A DNA stretch of 63,256 nt, filler included, from Candidatus Fermentibacterota bacterium (GCA_016928395.1; 8 parts of 8 records of this genome joined end to end with filler, not necessarily neighbours in it), one strand, 5' to 3'. Numbered from the whole stretch's first letter, positions 19,246 through 29,589 are shown. Numbers and translations: made by a program. Notes: generated from the sequence alone by a model not told the origin.

Positions 19246-22200
19246 CTACTCGGGCCTGGCGCGTTCCCGCGCCAGCTCCTTCTCACGAAGCTCCGGGTAG
19301 AGGTAGGGATCTCGCTCGCCGGCCGCGCAGTAGTCGAGGCGACTGGCCTCAGAGCCTCTGCGTTTGGCGACCACACGGTAGTCGAATGCCACACTGGAGC
19401 GTCCGTTGTGGAGCTCAACGACGTCAAACCCCGTCAGGCCCTTCTCCACGTAGACCCCCTCGCACTGCCCTCCGAGCTCGATGAACACCTTCATGGGGTT
19501 GGCCGCGTCGATGGTGACCGTCTCCAAGAAGAGCGGGTCCAGCTCGACATGGGTGCGACCGTTGATCAGTCGCTCCTCCCCAAAGTCCTCGACCCAGTCT
19601 CCCGCAGTTGCGTGCACACCCAGGCCGATAGGACCCTTGGTGGCGCGGACTACCGCCGTCATCTTTCCGGAGCCCCCCCAGCCGCCGGAGTAGTAGACGC
19701 CGAAGCCGCCAGGCGAATCCGTCCGGCCGTACACGCCGTAGTTGGTGCCTGAGGTTGCCGACGCGGTACCGTTGACGCCCCTTCCCGCAGTGGATTCATC
19801 CCACCCAATGACACCGTGAGTGTAACCCGTGTCGGACATGGAATACCCCTCGATTGCCGTACCGTCGGGGGATAAGCAGTAGCCGTAGATCCCTCGCGTG
19901 AAGCCCGTGATCGCATAGGCACAACCACGAACACCAGTTCCTCCACTCGCTGAGCTGCGGCCGTCCACGCCGACACTGCTCCCCGACGTGGCGGACGCTT
20001 CTGCGAACACCGCGACGCCGGAAGGTGCGCGGCTCACGCTGTAGACCCCATATGTCGACCCGGTCGTGGCCGAGGCCCACGCATAGAGGGCCCGGCCTTC
20101 CGTGGAAGCGGTCTCGGCATGGACTCCGTAGGCTGTTCCTGCCCCCGCACTGTTGTTTCCGTGGACGCCTACGCCATCCGAAGAGGAACTGACACCTTCA
20201 ACGCCGGTAGTGCTGCCGACCATGTGTGTTGCTTCGCCGTACACCGCCGTGCCCGCCGAAGAGCTGGTTTGGCCGTATACCCCGTAGCTGTCGCCGGCAG
20301 ATGAGTACGCGAAGCCGTACACGCCGTAGCCATTGGGGGAGTCACTCCTGCCGTAGACGCCCCTGGTGGCGCCGGAGCTTGCCTTGCACCATCCCACCAC
20401 TCCCCGGCCGGCAGATGATTCGCTTACGCCGTAGACGCCCTCGGTTTGCCCCGTGGTCGCGGCCGCATAGCCATACACTCCGGACGCGGTAGTCGAGGCA
20501 GTCTCCCCATGCACGCCATTGCCGGTGCCGGAATTGTTGCCTGTAATGATCGGACTTGCTGAAGCTCCCGCCAAGGAGAGAGGCACCGCGACGCCGATGT
20601 TCACGTCTCCCGTCGTACCCCCACCAGTTAAGCCGGTACCGACAATCACGCCGGTGATGTCGCCGAAGGTCGGCCCGATGAGATCCCCGTCCAGCGTAAG
20701 ATCGCCGGTGATCCGCGCATTGCCGGCGAAGTAGCCGGCATAGCCGGAGGTTGACGAGATCTCACCGTAGACTCCGTAGGTCGTTCCGGTCGTGGCGGTG
20801 GCCCAGCCGTACACACCTCGCCCCTCGGTCGATGCGCTCTCGCCGTAGATGCCGTAGGTGACGCCCGTCGTTGCCGTTGCCGCTCCGGATACGCCTTGGC
20901 CCTGGGCAGAGGCCGAGGCGCCGAGCACGCCGTACGTCTCGCCGGACGCTGCGGTGTTGTAGCCGCGCACCCCGCTTCCGGCCCCGCTGTTGGTGCCGGA
21001 GACCACGGGATTGGTGGATGATCCACTCAGTGCCAGTGGAACCGCGACGTTGAGCGTTACGTCTCCGGAGGTACCCCCACCTGTGAGCCCTGCGCCAGCC
21101 GTCACCCCGGTGATGTCGCCGAGGCTTGGCCCGATGAGGGAACCATCAAGGGTCAGATCTCCAGTGACGCGGGTGTTGCCGGCGAAGTAGCCGGCATACC
21201 CTGACGGGGACGCGGCGATGCCGTAGACCCCATATGTAGTGCCCGAAGACGCCGCCGCATATCCGAAGACACCCCGCCCATTCGTCGCGTCACTTCGCCC
21301 TTGAACTCCATAGGTGGTGCCCGTGGCGGCTGTTGCGATCCCGAATACGCCTCTGCCAGAGGTGGACCCGCTGTGGCCGAAGACCCCATACGTATCACCA
21401 GTGGTGCTCGATGCAGAACCTTGAACGCCGACACCTGCTGCAGACGCGCTCAGGAATATGCCGCCGTAGGTGGCTCCCGCAGTGGCAGTGGCCCAGCCGT
21501 GAACGCCCCGGCCTGCCGTGGATGCACTCTCTCCGTAGATGCCGTAGGTAACGCCCGCCGTGGCGAGAGCCGCACCGCTTACGCCCTGGCCCTCGGTGGA
21601 GGAGGAGCTTCCCATCACGCCGTAGGTCTCGCCCGACGCGGCGGTGTTGTAGCCGCGCATCCCACTTCCGGCCCCGCTGTTGGTGCCGGAGATGATGGGG
21701 TCAGCGCCTGATCCGCTCAACGCCAGCGGAGTCGCCACGCTCAGCGTGACGTCACCGGCGGCACCCCCGCCCGAAAGCCCTGTCCCGGCCGTTACTCCGG
21801 TTATGTCGCCGAAGGTCGGCCCGATGAGATCGCCGTCCAGAGTCAGATCGCCAGTGACGCGGGTGTTGCCGGCGAAGTAACCGGCATAGCCTGAGGTTGA
21901 CGTGGCCTCGCCGTAGACCCCGAAAGTGGTCCCCACCGTGGCAGTGGCCCAGCCGTACACTCCGCGCCCATCCGCTGATGCACTTTCCCCATAGAGGCCG
22001 TAGGTGACTCCTGTCGTGGCCGTTGCCGCACCGCTTACGCCCTGCCCCTCGTTGGATGCCGCAATCCCCATCGCGCCGTAGGCCTCGCCCGACGCAGCAG
22101 TGTTCTGGGCCTTCAGGGCCGCACTCGCAGCGACTGCGCCACTGATCTCAGTTCCCGGCACCAGGCCGCTGGCCATGTAGGCATAGCCCACGCTTCCAAG

Positions 22201-22542
22201 GCGCCGCCTTGGACTCTGGACATCCCCCTCGAACGTCACCTGAAGCCAGTAGTCTGTGTCAAACGAGAGACCAACAGCCGGTTGACCTGCACTACCGAGC
22301 ATCACGCTGAACACGCCCCCGGCGAGATCGACGCTCTGGTCACCGCTATCCCACAGTGACGTACCCCCGGTCAACTGATTGTAGATCTCGAACCGCATGG
22401 TGTAGGCGGCGTCCGTCACGGGAGCATTGCCGGCATCCGTCACCTTGCCCTGGTAGCTGATCATGGTGGGGATCTCGGCGTGGGTTGCTGAGCCGAGAAG
22501 AAAGAACAGGAGTAGGGACAGCAGGAGGGTTCCGGATCGCAT
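19246..22542 (-). CDS. Secreted Gly-rich repeat (GxGVYGxA) surface or fibre-like protein
   Basis: Start MRSGTLLL after GAAAGGAG. IPTMISYQGKVTD N-domain; dozens of YGVYG repeats; three AGYFAGN-RVTGDL blocks; C-terminal EDFGE...VELDPLF...FDYRVVAKRRG domain. Confidence 0.8.
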   Translation of the reverse strand: MRSGTLLLSLLLFFLLGSATHAEIPTMISYQGKVTDAGNAPVTDAAYTMRFEIYNQLTGGTSLWDSGDQSVDLAGGVFSVMLGSAGQPAVGLSFDTDYWLQVTFEGDVQSPRRRLGSVGYAYMASGLVPGTEISGAVAASAALKAQNTAASGEAYGAMGIAASNEGQGVSGAATATTGVTYGLYGESASADGRGVYGWATATVGTTFGVYGEATSTSGYAGYFAGNTRVTGDLTLDGDLIGPTFGDITGVTAGTGLSGGGAAGDVTLSVATPLALSGSGADPIISGTNSGAGSGMRGYNTAASGETYGVMGSSSSTEGQGVSGAALATAGVTYGIYGESASTAGRGVHGWATATAGATYGGIFLSASAAGVGVQGSASSTTGDTYGVFGHSGSTSGRGVFGIATAATGTTYGVQGRSDATNGRGVFGYAAASSGTTYGVYGIAASPSGYAGYFAGNTRVTGDLTLDGSLIGPSLGDITGVTAGAGLTGGGTSGDVTLNVAVPLALSGSSTNPVVSGTNSGAGSGVRGYNTAASGETYGVLGASASAQGQGVSGAATATTGVTYGIYGESASTEGRGVYGWATATTGTTYGVYGEISSTSGYAGYFAGNARITGDLTLDGDLIGPTFGDITGVIVGTGLTGGGTTGDVNIGVAVPLSLAGASASPIITGNNSGTGNGVHGETASTTASGVYGYAAATTGQTEGVYGVSESSAGRGVVGWCKASSGATRGVYGRSDSPNGYGVYGFAYSSAGDSYGVYGQTSSSAGTAVYGEATHMVGSTTGVEGVSSSSDGVGVHGNNSAGAGTAYGVHAETASTEGRALYAWASATTGSTYGVYSVSRAPSGVAVFAEASATSGSSVGVDGRSSASGGTGVRGCAYAITGFTRGIYGYCLSPDGTAIEGYSMSDTGYTHGVIGWDESTAGRGVNGTASATSGTNYGVYGRTDSPGGFGVYYSGGWGGSGKMTAVVRATKGPIGLGVHATAGDWVEDFGEERLINGRTHVELDPLFLETVTIDAANPMKVFIELGGQCEGVYVEKGLTGFDVVELHNGRSSVAFDYRVVAKRRGSEASRLDYCAAGERDPYLYPELREKELARERARPE

Positions 22543-22852
22543 GGAAGCGCTCCTTTCGTGCGCAAAGCAAACCGGCTGCTGTGCCTTGTGCTGGGAGTGC
22601 ACAGGGCACATCCCGCAGCTATGTAGGGAAGGGAATGTACTCAAGAGCCCGTGGTGCGCAATGGTACGCTGGAGGGGGGGGGGAGACCAGGGGAGTGACC
22701 AGCCGGGGAGACAGGGCGTAGCGGAATATGCGCTGTGCGCGGTCCGTTGTGCCTGCTGCCTTCGCCAGAACTCCCGTTGCAGCTCGATCACTACTCTGCG
22801 GCCACTCCCCGGGTGCGATCCATCGCAGGCCTCGTGATCCCCCGAAAAGGCA

Positions 22853-23146
22853 CTACCCCGAATCGGGCTCGGGTCTTGGCGTATCCTCGCCGCCTGCAAT
22901 GAGAGGAGCACCGCAACGCTTGCAGAACCTGGCGCCGACATCATGCTCCGAGGCGGTGCAGGCAGCGCATGTCCACGCAGGCGAACTGTAGCTCTGGCTC
23001 CGGGCTGCACGGGCCATTTCCACAGTGAGCCCATCCGTGGGCACGGGGATGACGCTGGAGCCGGCCAGCATCACCACCGAGGCGAGGACGCGGCCGAGAA
23101 GGGTCTGGGGCGAGAGATCGCCGTAGTCCACAAGAACCGCTGCCAC
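22853..23146 (-). pseudogene. C-terminal fragment of a potassium channel / ion transporter with a zinc-ribbon tail
   Basis: VDYGDLSPQTLLGRVLASVVML...CAAC...HDVGARFCKRCGAPL. The TVGYG filter has degenerated and the N-terminal TM segments are missing. Confidence 0.65.
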
Positions 23147-23203
23147 CGTGTCGGCATCCCGGTGCGCAGGAGGGCTTCAGTTCGATCCCCGAGCGGCCCT
23201 CTC

Positions 23204-23791
23204 CTAGAGCTTGCCAGTGACTGTCCTAGTCAATGCGAGCGCTCGATCCTTGAGGGTACCCGGGTCCTGTCCCGCCCCCAAGACCTGGATACTGGCAGCC
23301 AGTTCACCCTTGCGCACGCTGATCGTTGCGGTCGGGAGCGAGGCAGTCATGCCACCAATGTAGAAGGCAGCGTCGCCGAGCCCATCCACGTTCTCGCTTT
23401 TCCCTCCATAGAGTGACTCGAACGCGGTGCGCGAGCTTTCATAGCTCACGGCCGTGGGATAGAGCTGAACGATGGCGATCGCCCCCGTGGGATCGCTCCA
23501 CGTACATACACTGGCGTTTCCGCTGCGGGAGGATTCACCGGGAGCCGTGATGCCGGTGGCTGCGAGGAGCTCCTGGGCGTTGATCATCTCGCACGGGGTG
23601 CGTGGAGTCTGCAACGTCTCGGGGGGGGCGGCCGGCGCGGCTGCTCGCGGAGCACTCTCCGCCGCGGGGCGCGGAGCTGCTTGGCTTTGAGGATCCGGCT
23701 TGTCGCCCGAGCATGCAGCGAGTACCGCGAGACAAATCACGGTGGCGCACAGCATGGGAATGCTTCGATGGAAGCCCGGCACCGAGTACAT
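23204..23791 (-). CDS. Lipoprotein (DUF3558-like)
   Basis: Lipobox LAACSG, Pro/Ala linker, PCEMI...CTW...VDGLGDAAF. Confidence 0.65.
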   Translation of the reverse strand: MYSVPGFHRSIPMLCATVICLAVLAACSGDKPDPQSQAAPRPAAESAPRAAAPAAPPETLQTPRTPCEMINAQELLAATGITAPGESSRSGNASVCTWSDPTGAIAIVQLYPTAVSYESSRTAFESLYGGKSENVDGLGDAAFYIGGMTASLPTATISVRKGELAASIQVLGAGQDPGTLKDRALALTRTVTGKL

Positions 23792-24043
23792 GAGCACCTC
23801 TGGAGTTGGGGAACAGCGAAAGACCGTGTTCAAGGGGACGAAATGTAACAGTGTGAAGCAGCGGTTCCAATGGTATCGTCGCGCGGCGTCAGACCCGTGC
23901 CGCACAAGGCCGCAATGATTACCGCATATGCCGCATGGACCCGTTGTCGGCAGGCTCGGCTTGGCCAGGGGTGGAGTGCGCGCGGCCGATTTCTCAGCAG
24001 CCCGCCGTGACGGCGCGGCCGCCCTCGCCTCGCTCAGCTGTGT

Positions 24044-24361
24044 TCACGACTCGACCGGGGTGTTCTCCGGATACGATTGACCGTGCTCTTCATAGGCATA
24101 CGTGATGCTGACGTCTTGCCGTTTTCCTTTGGCATCGGGAATATTGGATATTCCTTGGTATTCGAGGAGCTTCTTGGTTTTCGCATCATACACCAGACGC
24201 AACTTCGGGGCGAACAGCCTGAGGATCCGGTTGTCAATCTTCAGCACGGCCCTGACGAGGTCGCCCGAGGCCCCGACCTGTTCCACCTGGAACGTGTAGG
24301 CCTTCAGTTCCGAAGGAAGGATCAGATCGAGCTTCAGGTTGCTCTGGGCCAGCAGGTCTAG
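24044..24361 (-). CDS. Hypothetical protein, C-terminal part (5' end cut by the contig edge)
   Basis: Open frame to the gap; ...RILRLFAPKLRLVYDAKTKKLLEYQGISNI. Confidence 0.6.
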   Translation of the reverse strand, partial: LDLLAQSNLKLDLILPSELKAYTFQVEQVGASGDLVRAVLKIDNRILRLFAPKLRLVYDAKTKKLLEYQGISNIPDAKGKRQDVSITYAYEEHGQSYPENTPVES

Positions 24362-24461
24362 NNNNNNNNNNNNNNNNNNNNNNNNNNNNNNNNNNNNNNN
24401 NNNNNTTAATTAATTAANNNNNNNNNNNNNNNNNNNNNNNNNNNNNNNNNNNNNNNNNNNN
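24362..24461. other. Artificial contig spacer N44-TTAATTAATTAA-N44; also at 29848-29947, 33453-33552, 37346-37445, 43358-43457, 47788-47887 and 58722-58821
   Basis: Seven identical 100-bp linkers with stop codons in all six frames. Confidence 0.98.
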
Positions 24462-25477
24462 CCCGCATAGGTGCCTTGCACGATGATGTCAGGGCTCACA
24501 TTGGCGGGGCCGCGCACCCGGATGGCCGTACCATTGAGGAACACGCCGTCATACGCCAGATTCAGCGTATCACTGTCGGGGATCCCCCTGTAGTTTCCTT
24601 GGAAATGCCCGACGTACTCGGGCCAGAATCCCCTGTACGGCTGCGTGTGCGGATTCTTGATAAGCACCGAGCCGTTGGGCCGGAAGATCAGCCTGGTCTC
24701 CCCGGTCAGGGTCAGCCCGCCCATGGCGCCGATGCAGGAAACCGTGTTCGCCAGGCTCGGCGGCCAATCATGACCCTCGACCTCAGTTTCGTATCCCTCA
24801 TAGAACGAGGCGTAGCATGCGGGGTCGCCTCTGGTGTAGTGCGGGGTGCCGGCCAAACGAAACGCCGGCTCCACGATGGTGACCCTGCCCCAGAACTGGG
24901 CGCCCGTCCAGGAGGGAGGATCCCGTTGCGAAAGCCACAGCCGGCAGTTGCTGTGCACGGGCCCGGTGACACGATCCCAGTCGCCAAACCAGGCGGTGCC
25001 GGGCGGATCGGGGCAGTATTCGCCCAGGTAGATGGCGTAGCAGGTGAAGTTTTTCCGCTGGACAATGGCCTTCAGCTCCACGGTGGCATTGCGCTGGCTG
25101 CCGGTCGTGCCCACCGACCGGATGGTGTAGCCCCAGCCCTGATACTGGTTGCTGCAATCATTGGTATCGGCATAGGTGATGGTCGGATAGGCAGTGCCTG
25201 ATGTGCCGATGGCCATGGTTCCCAGAGGCGAGATGGTGCCGCTGTTCTGGCAGGGGGGGGGCGACGAGTTGACAAGCCACTGGAACGCGGCGCGGGCGCC
25301 GCCGTCGGCAAGCTGAACCGCAGACGTGGCCTGGATCTCATTCAGCGACATCCGATGCTCCGTGATGGAGCCCACGATGAAGCCTGTCGCGAGGATCCCC
25401 AAAATGACGAGGGAAAGCGCGGCCATCACCAAGGCAATGCCTCGCTGGCGCGCCCGTGACGAGGAAAAGAAACGCAT
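24462..25477 (-). CDS. PilX-like / DUF4900 minor pilin (3' truncated by the contig edge)
   Basis: RQRGIALVMAALSLVILGILA prepilin-like leader; AVQLADGG; TGPVHSN. Confidence 0.8.
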
Positions 25478-25488
25478 GAGGAACCTCC

Positions 25489-25995
25489 CTAGCGCAGGTT
25501 GCGCGGCGCGATGAAGCCGCTGAGTTGGAGCGAATCACGCCGGTCAGGCTGTGTGACGATCAGGCGGATGTGGATGCGCTTGACCTGCTCATCGTTGGCA
25601 TTGGTGATGGGCAGGGGCACCTCCGTGCCGTCAACCATGAGGTAGCGGAATCGGAGCAAAGTCGCATTGGGTACGATCTCCTGCATGCCGCCGCCTCCGG
25701 CCTCCCGGCGCAGCGACCCCTCTCTGATGGCATACTTGTAGCGCTGCGAAACACCCCCAACCATGGCGCGGAACTGCACGGAGTCAGCCACGCCATGCTC
25801 GATGGCATTGGTGTGGCGCAATTCGCGGGCCAGCACGTCGTAGGCGGCCCGGGCGTCATGGACCATGATCTGCTGGGTCTGCAGCGGCCTCGACATATTG
25901 ATGTGACCAGTGAACACGACAACCAGGGCCCCACCGACGATGCCCAAAATCACCATCGCCACCATGGTCTCAACCAAGGTCATGCCCTTTTTCAT
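25489..25995 (-). CDS. PilW-like minor pilin
   Basis: MKKG/MTLVETMVAMVIL prepilin cleavage and methylation motif. Confidence 0.85.
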   Translation of the reverse strand: MKKGMTLVETMVAMVILGIVGGALVVVFTGHINMSRPLQTQQIMVHDARAAYDVLARELRHTNAIEHGVADSVQFRAMVGGVSQRYKYAIREGSLRREAGGGGMQEIVPNATLLRFRYLMVDGTEVPLPITNANDEQVKRIHIRLIVTQPDRRDSLQLSGFIAPRNLR

Positions 25996-26005
25996 GGCGT
26001 CTCCT

Positions 26006-26371
26006 TCACAGTGCCGCGGCGATGATGCTGCCCATGCGAACCGCGTACATGCGTCCCTGCCAGGGCCATTGCACCACGACATGGGCATACTTTGTATTGA
26101 TGATCGGGCCGCGGCTGATCGTCCACGTGATCTGGTAGCGGCCCTCGGTGGCGGTTCCCGATGTCGGAGGATACGGCCCGGCGTCGATCGTTTCCAAGGT
26201 GCGCTCAGCAATGGTGGATGCCTCGGTCTGCCATTCGCTCATGAAGCCCAGTCGTGCGCCCATGGGCCACTGGGCGACCACCGCCAGCACGCCGATCAAA
26301 AGCAAGACCATGGCAACCATCACCTCCACCAGGGAGAACGCGCGATTTCTTCGGAATCCAACGTGCGGCAT
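26006..26371 (-). CDS. PilV-like minor pilin
   Basis: RNRA/FSLVEVMVAMVLL motif. Confidence 0.85.
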   Translation of the reverse strand: MPHVGFRRNRAFSLVEVMVAMVLLLIGVLAVVAQWPMGARLGFMSEWQTEASTIAERTLETIDAGPYPPTSGTATEGRYQITWTISRGPIINTKYAHVVVQWPWQGRMYAVRMGSIIAAAL

Positions 26372-26387
26372 ACATTCTCCTCCCGGG

Positions 26388-26813
26388 CTAGTGATCCGTG
26401 ATGCGCACGCGGCTCACCACATTGACGACGACATCCTTCGCATCGCTGGCGTCGCCCACGACGATCGTCGCTCCCAGCGAGGTGCCGCGCGGGAAAAAAG
26501 TCGGCGTTCCGGTGGCGCTAATCACGGTGGCGCCGCCGGGGAGACCGAAGTGATACAAGGTGTCACCCGTCGCCGAGTTTATGACGCTTACTTTGCCCCA
26601 TCCCGGCACCGCGGCTATCGTCACGGTCTCGCGGAGCGTGACCGCCATTTGGCGGGCGAAGCGCATGGCGCGGGCTACCTGCTCTCCCGCCGTCTCCACT
26701 CGGGAGCTTGATATGGTCGACATGAAGGTGGGAATGGCCGTGCCCGCGAGGATCACGATGATCACCACCACGATAGCCAACTCGACCATCGTAAATCCTT
26801 TGCTCCGGCGCAT
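26388..26813 (-). CDS. FimT/GspH-like minor pilin
   Basis: MRRSKG/FTMVELAIVVVII...AMRFARQMAV...FFPRG. Confidence 0.85.
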   Translation of the reverse strand: MRRSKGFTMVELAIVVVIIVILAGTAIPTFMSTISSSRVETAGEQVARAMRFARQMAVTLRETVTIAAVPGWGKVSVINSATGDTLYHFGLPGGATVISATGTPTFFPRGTSLGATIVVGDASDAKDVVVNVVSRVRITDH

Positions 26814-27449
26814 AGGCTCACCGCCTTTCCAGCCTGTACCAGGCCGCACTCCGTGGTCGTCATCAGATAACATACCGCAGCCCGCAGCACTTAACAGCAA
26901 GCATCGTGCCGGTCCCTCAGCCCTGGGGCACGTAGGCGAGCCGGCGCGGAAGCTAGTGGCATCAAGGCCTTGTGCCGGCCTCGCCGGCCCCTCCATTACA
27001 GCCTGGCCTCGACCCCACGAAACGCCTTTCACCCATGTGAAGCGGCGTTCACCCCCTCCGCCGTCCGGCACTCGCGCTCGCACGACAGGTGAGGAGATCA
27101 GAGTCTTTGTGTGCGGCCCCACGGCGCAACCACCGTTCCACCCTGTGTGCCCGTGGGGCCTGGACTTCGTGTTTTCCGTTTCGGATTCCCTGCGTCCCCG
27201 CGGGCTCCGTCCATCCCTCCTTTCATCATTCTCCTCGCCCGTTGTTCCCGCATTTCCACCGCGCCTTCGCCGCCCGGGAGGATTGACGGACAAAGTTGCC
27301 ACCTTGTACATTGTAGCGCACCATGTCAAAGGAGATACGATCAAAGCGGCGCAGCGCGCCGGTGTCCACAGAGGAACTGGAGTGCACCGTGTGGGAATCA
27401 GCCGTGGCGCGCCCGCGGTCCCGCCGTGCCTCTCACCCGGGGGATCCTG

Positions 27450-28013
27450 ATGAGTGAGGAAGCCAACGTGTCAGGAGAGGAAGTCCTCCGGGAATCAGAG
27501 AGCGGCATAGTTGGCCGGCAACCGGGCTACTGGTTGACCCTGCATTCCAATCCGCACAAGGAATACGCCGTTCGGGATTTCCTGGCGAGCCAAGGGCTCA
27601 CGGCGTACGTTCCCGAAGAGCTCAATGCTAGCCAGCGCCGCGACCGGCCACCTCGCCGGCCGTTCTTTCCGCACTACCTCTTTCTCCTGTACCCTGGGCC
27701 TGAGTGGGTGGAAAGAATCCAGTGGACACCCGGGCTGCGTCGGATCGTGACCTTTGGCAACCGGCCTGCTCTCGTTCCAACCGAGATCATCCTCCATATT
27801 CAATCGCGGCTCGAGGCCATGGCCGCGACCCGCGATGGCCCCTTCCGGCCTGGCGAGCCCCTGGTGATCACGAAGGGTCCCTTCCGCGGCCTTGACGCTG
27901 TCTTCGATCGGGGTGTGAGCCGGGCCGATCGAGTACGCGTGTTCCTGGATTTCGCCGGCCGGCTGGAAGTGCCCGTGGAACTAGACATTGATGCCTTGAA
28001 GACACGAAACTGA
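27450..28013 (+). CDS. rfaH: RfaH/NusG-family transcription antiterminator
   Basis: NGN domain (WLTLHSNPHKE...PFFPHYLF...TPGLRRIVTFG) and KOW (FRPGEPLVITKGPFRG); upstream of a sugar epimerase. Confidence 0.8.
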   Translation: MSEEANVSGEEVLRESESGIVGRQPGYWLTLHSNPHKEYAVRDFLASQGLTAYVPEELNASQRRDRPPRRPFFPHYLFLLYPGPEWVERIQWTPGLRRIVTFGNRPALVPTEIILHIQSRLEAMAATRDGPFRPGEPLVITKGPFRGLDAVFDRGVSRADRVRVFLDFAGRLEVPVELDIDALKTRN

Positions 28014-28112
28014 TTTCTGCGCTGGGCTCACACGCCCGCGTGCGCAGCCACGGAGAAGTCATTCCTTACTTGGAGGGTAGGGCCGGGTTCGACACCTGGC
28101 GGCAACGAGACA

Positions 28113-28310
28113 CGGAATGGTGGAAAGATGGAATGCTGGAGCAAGGCAAGGGTTGGTTCAGAGTTCTCAGGGGTGACGTCAACGCCCCTTCATTCCAACC
28201 CTTCCATCCTTCCAGCAATCCATTCTCAGGATTTCGGCGCACTGGGTTCCCGACAGGCATGCCCGCGGCATTCCTGAACCCCGCACTGAACCCTGAACCC
28301 TGAACCCTGA
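28113..28310. repeat. Short tandem 7/8-mer repeats: GGAATGGT-type tract with its inverted CATTCCA tract, and (CTGAACC)n
   Basis: Read directly between rfaH and the epimerase gene. Confidence 0.65.
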
Positions 28311-28542
28311 GTATCTGTGAGTGTGCCCTCCTAGGCCGGTCTTGGGCGGTTGTCCATCATGCCGACCGAGTGCCGGCTGACGGCCGCCGTGAAAAGAAAA
28401 CTGACAGGCCGCCCTTGTCAGATGGGCGGAGCATGCCCACGCGCGGGGAAACAACCTGCGCCATTGTACCGTAACGCGCCGCGAGACGCGCTCCGCACCC
28501 TTCGGAGACGGCAGTCCCCCCGGCGAACACACCGAGGAATCC

Positions 28543-29589
28543 ATGCCTGAATCAACTGGAATGCCCTCGGGGGCACCAGAGTTCTCCCAAACTCCGTCAT
28601 TGACGCGGGGCTCCCCGATCTTGGTCACCGGATCCGCGGGCTTCATCGGCTTCCATCTGGCCAGGGCTTTGCTCGACGAAGGCCACGAGGTGGTCGGCTA
28701 TGACAACTTCAACGACTACTACTCGGTGCAACTCAAACGCGACAGACACGCCATCCTTCAGCAATACTCACGGTACCGAGGCGTCGAAGCCGACCTATGC
28801 GATGGGGCGTCATTGAACCCCGTGTTCGACGCATCGGGGTTCGAAGTGGTGTGCCACCTTGCGGCCCAGGCGGGCGTCCGCTACTCATTGACCCACCCCC
28901 ATGTCTACCAGCGCTCCAATCTGGAGGGCTTCCTCAATATCCTAGAGGCGTGCCGCCATCACGGCGTGGGTCGCCTGGTCTACGCCTCCAGCTCCAGCGT
29001 ATATGGGGGGAACACGAAACTCCCCTTCAGCGAAACCGACCCGGTGGATACGCCCATCAGCCTCTACGCGGCGACCAAGAAGGCCAATGAGCTCATGGCT
29101 CATACCTACAGCCACCTGTACGGGCTGCAGACCGTCGGCCTTCGGTTCTTCACGGTGTACGGGCCATGGGGTCGGCCCGATATGGCCATGTGGCTATTTA
29201 CCGCCGCAATGTTGGAAGGTCGGCCGATCCCCGTGTTCAATCATGGCGACATGCGCCGGGACTTCACCTACATCGACGACATCGTTGCCGGAGCCCACGC
29301 CGCACTCTTCGCGAAGTGCCTCTCGCCCTGCGAGGTCTTTAATTTGGGAAATCACCGATCAGAGCATCTGCTCGACATGATCCAAATCCTCGGCGACCTC
29401 CTTGGCGTCGAGCCGCGGATGACCCTCTTGCCCATGCAGCCCGGAGACGTGCAGGCCACCTATGCCGATATCGATCGTGCCCGCACCGCGCTCGGCTTTG
29501 AACCGACCACCCCTATCTCCGCGGGCATTCCCCGTTTCGTCTCCTGGTATCGGGACTACCATGCCGACCCACAGCAGGCAAGCACATAG
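28543..29589 (+). CDS. UDP-glucuronate 4-epimerase (NAD-dependent epimerase)
   Basis: VTGSAGFIG, HLAAQAGVRYS, YASSSSVYG, YAATKKANE, LRFFTVYGPWGRPDMA. Confidence 0.92.
   Translation: MPESTGMPSGAPEFSQTPSLTRGSPILVTGSAGFIGFHLARALLDEGHEVVGYDNFNDYYSVQLKRDRHAILQQYSRYRGVEADLCDGASLNPVFDASGFEVVCHLAAQAGVRYSLTHPHVYQRSNLEGFLNILEACRHHGVGRLVYASSSSVYGGNTKLPFSETDPVDTPISLYAATKKANELMAHTYSHLYGLQTVGLRFFTVYGPWGRPDMAMWLFTAAMLEGRPIPVFNHGDMRRDFTYIDDIVAGAHAALFAKCLSPCEVFNLGNHRSEHLLDMIQILGDLLGVEPRMTLLPMQPGDVQATYADIDRARTALGFEPTTPISAGIPRFVSWYRDYHADPQQAST

Noticed and set aside
19246-23034. ORF-track starts at 23034, 14647, 26211, 27344, 27111, 30130 and 35843
   Set aside because: These are over-extended. Downstream starts with an RBS and a signal, prepilin or family N-terminus fit better.
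24362-24461. TTAATTAATTAA motif as a biological site; gene adjacency across the N gaps
   Set aside because: These are identical artificial linkers, so neighbours across them are not evidence of linkage. ORFs running into X residues are artefacts.
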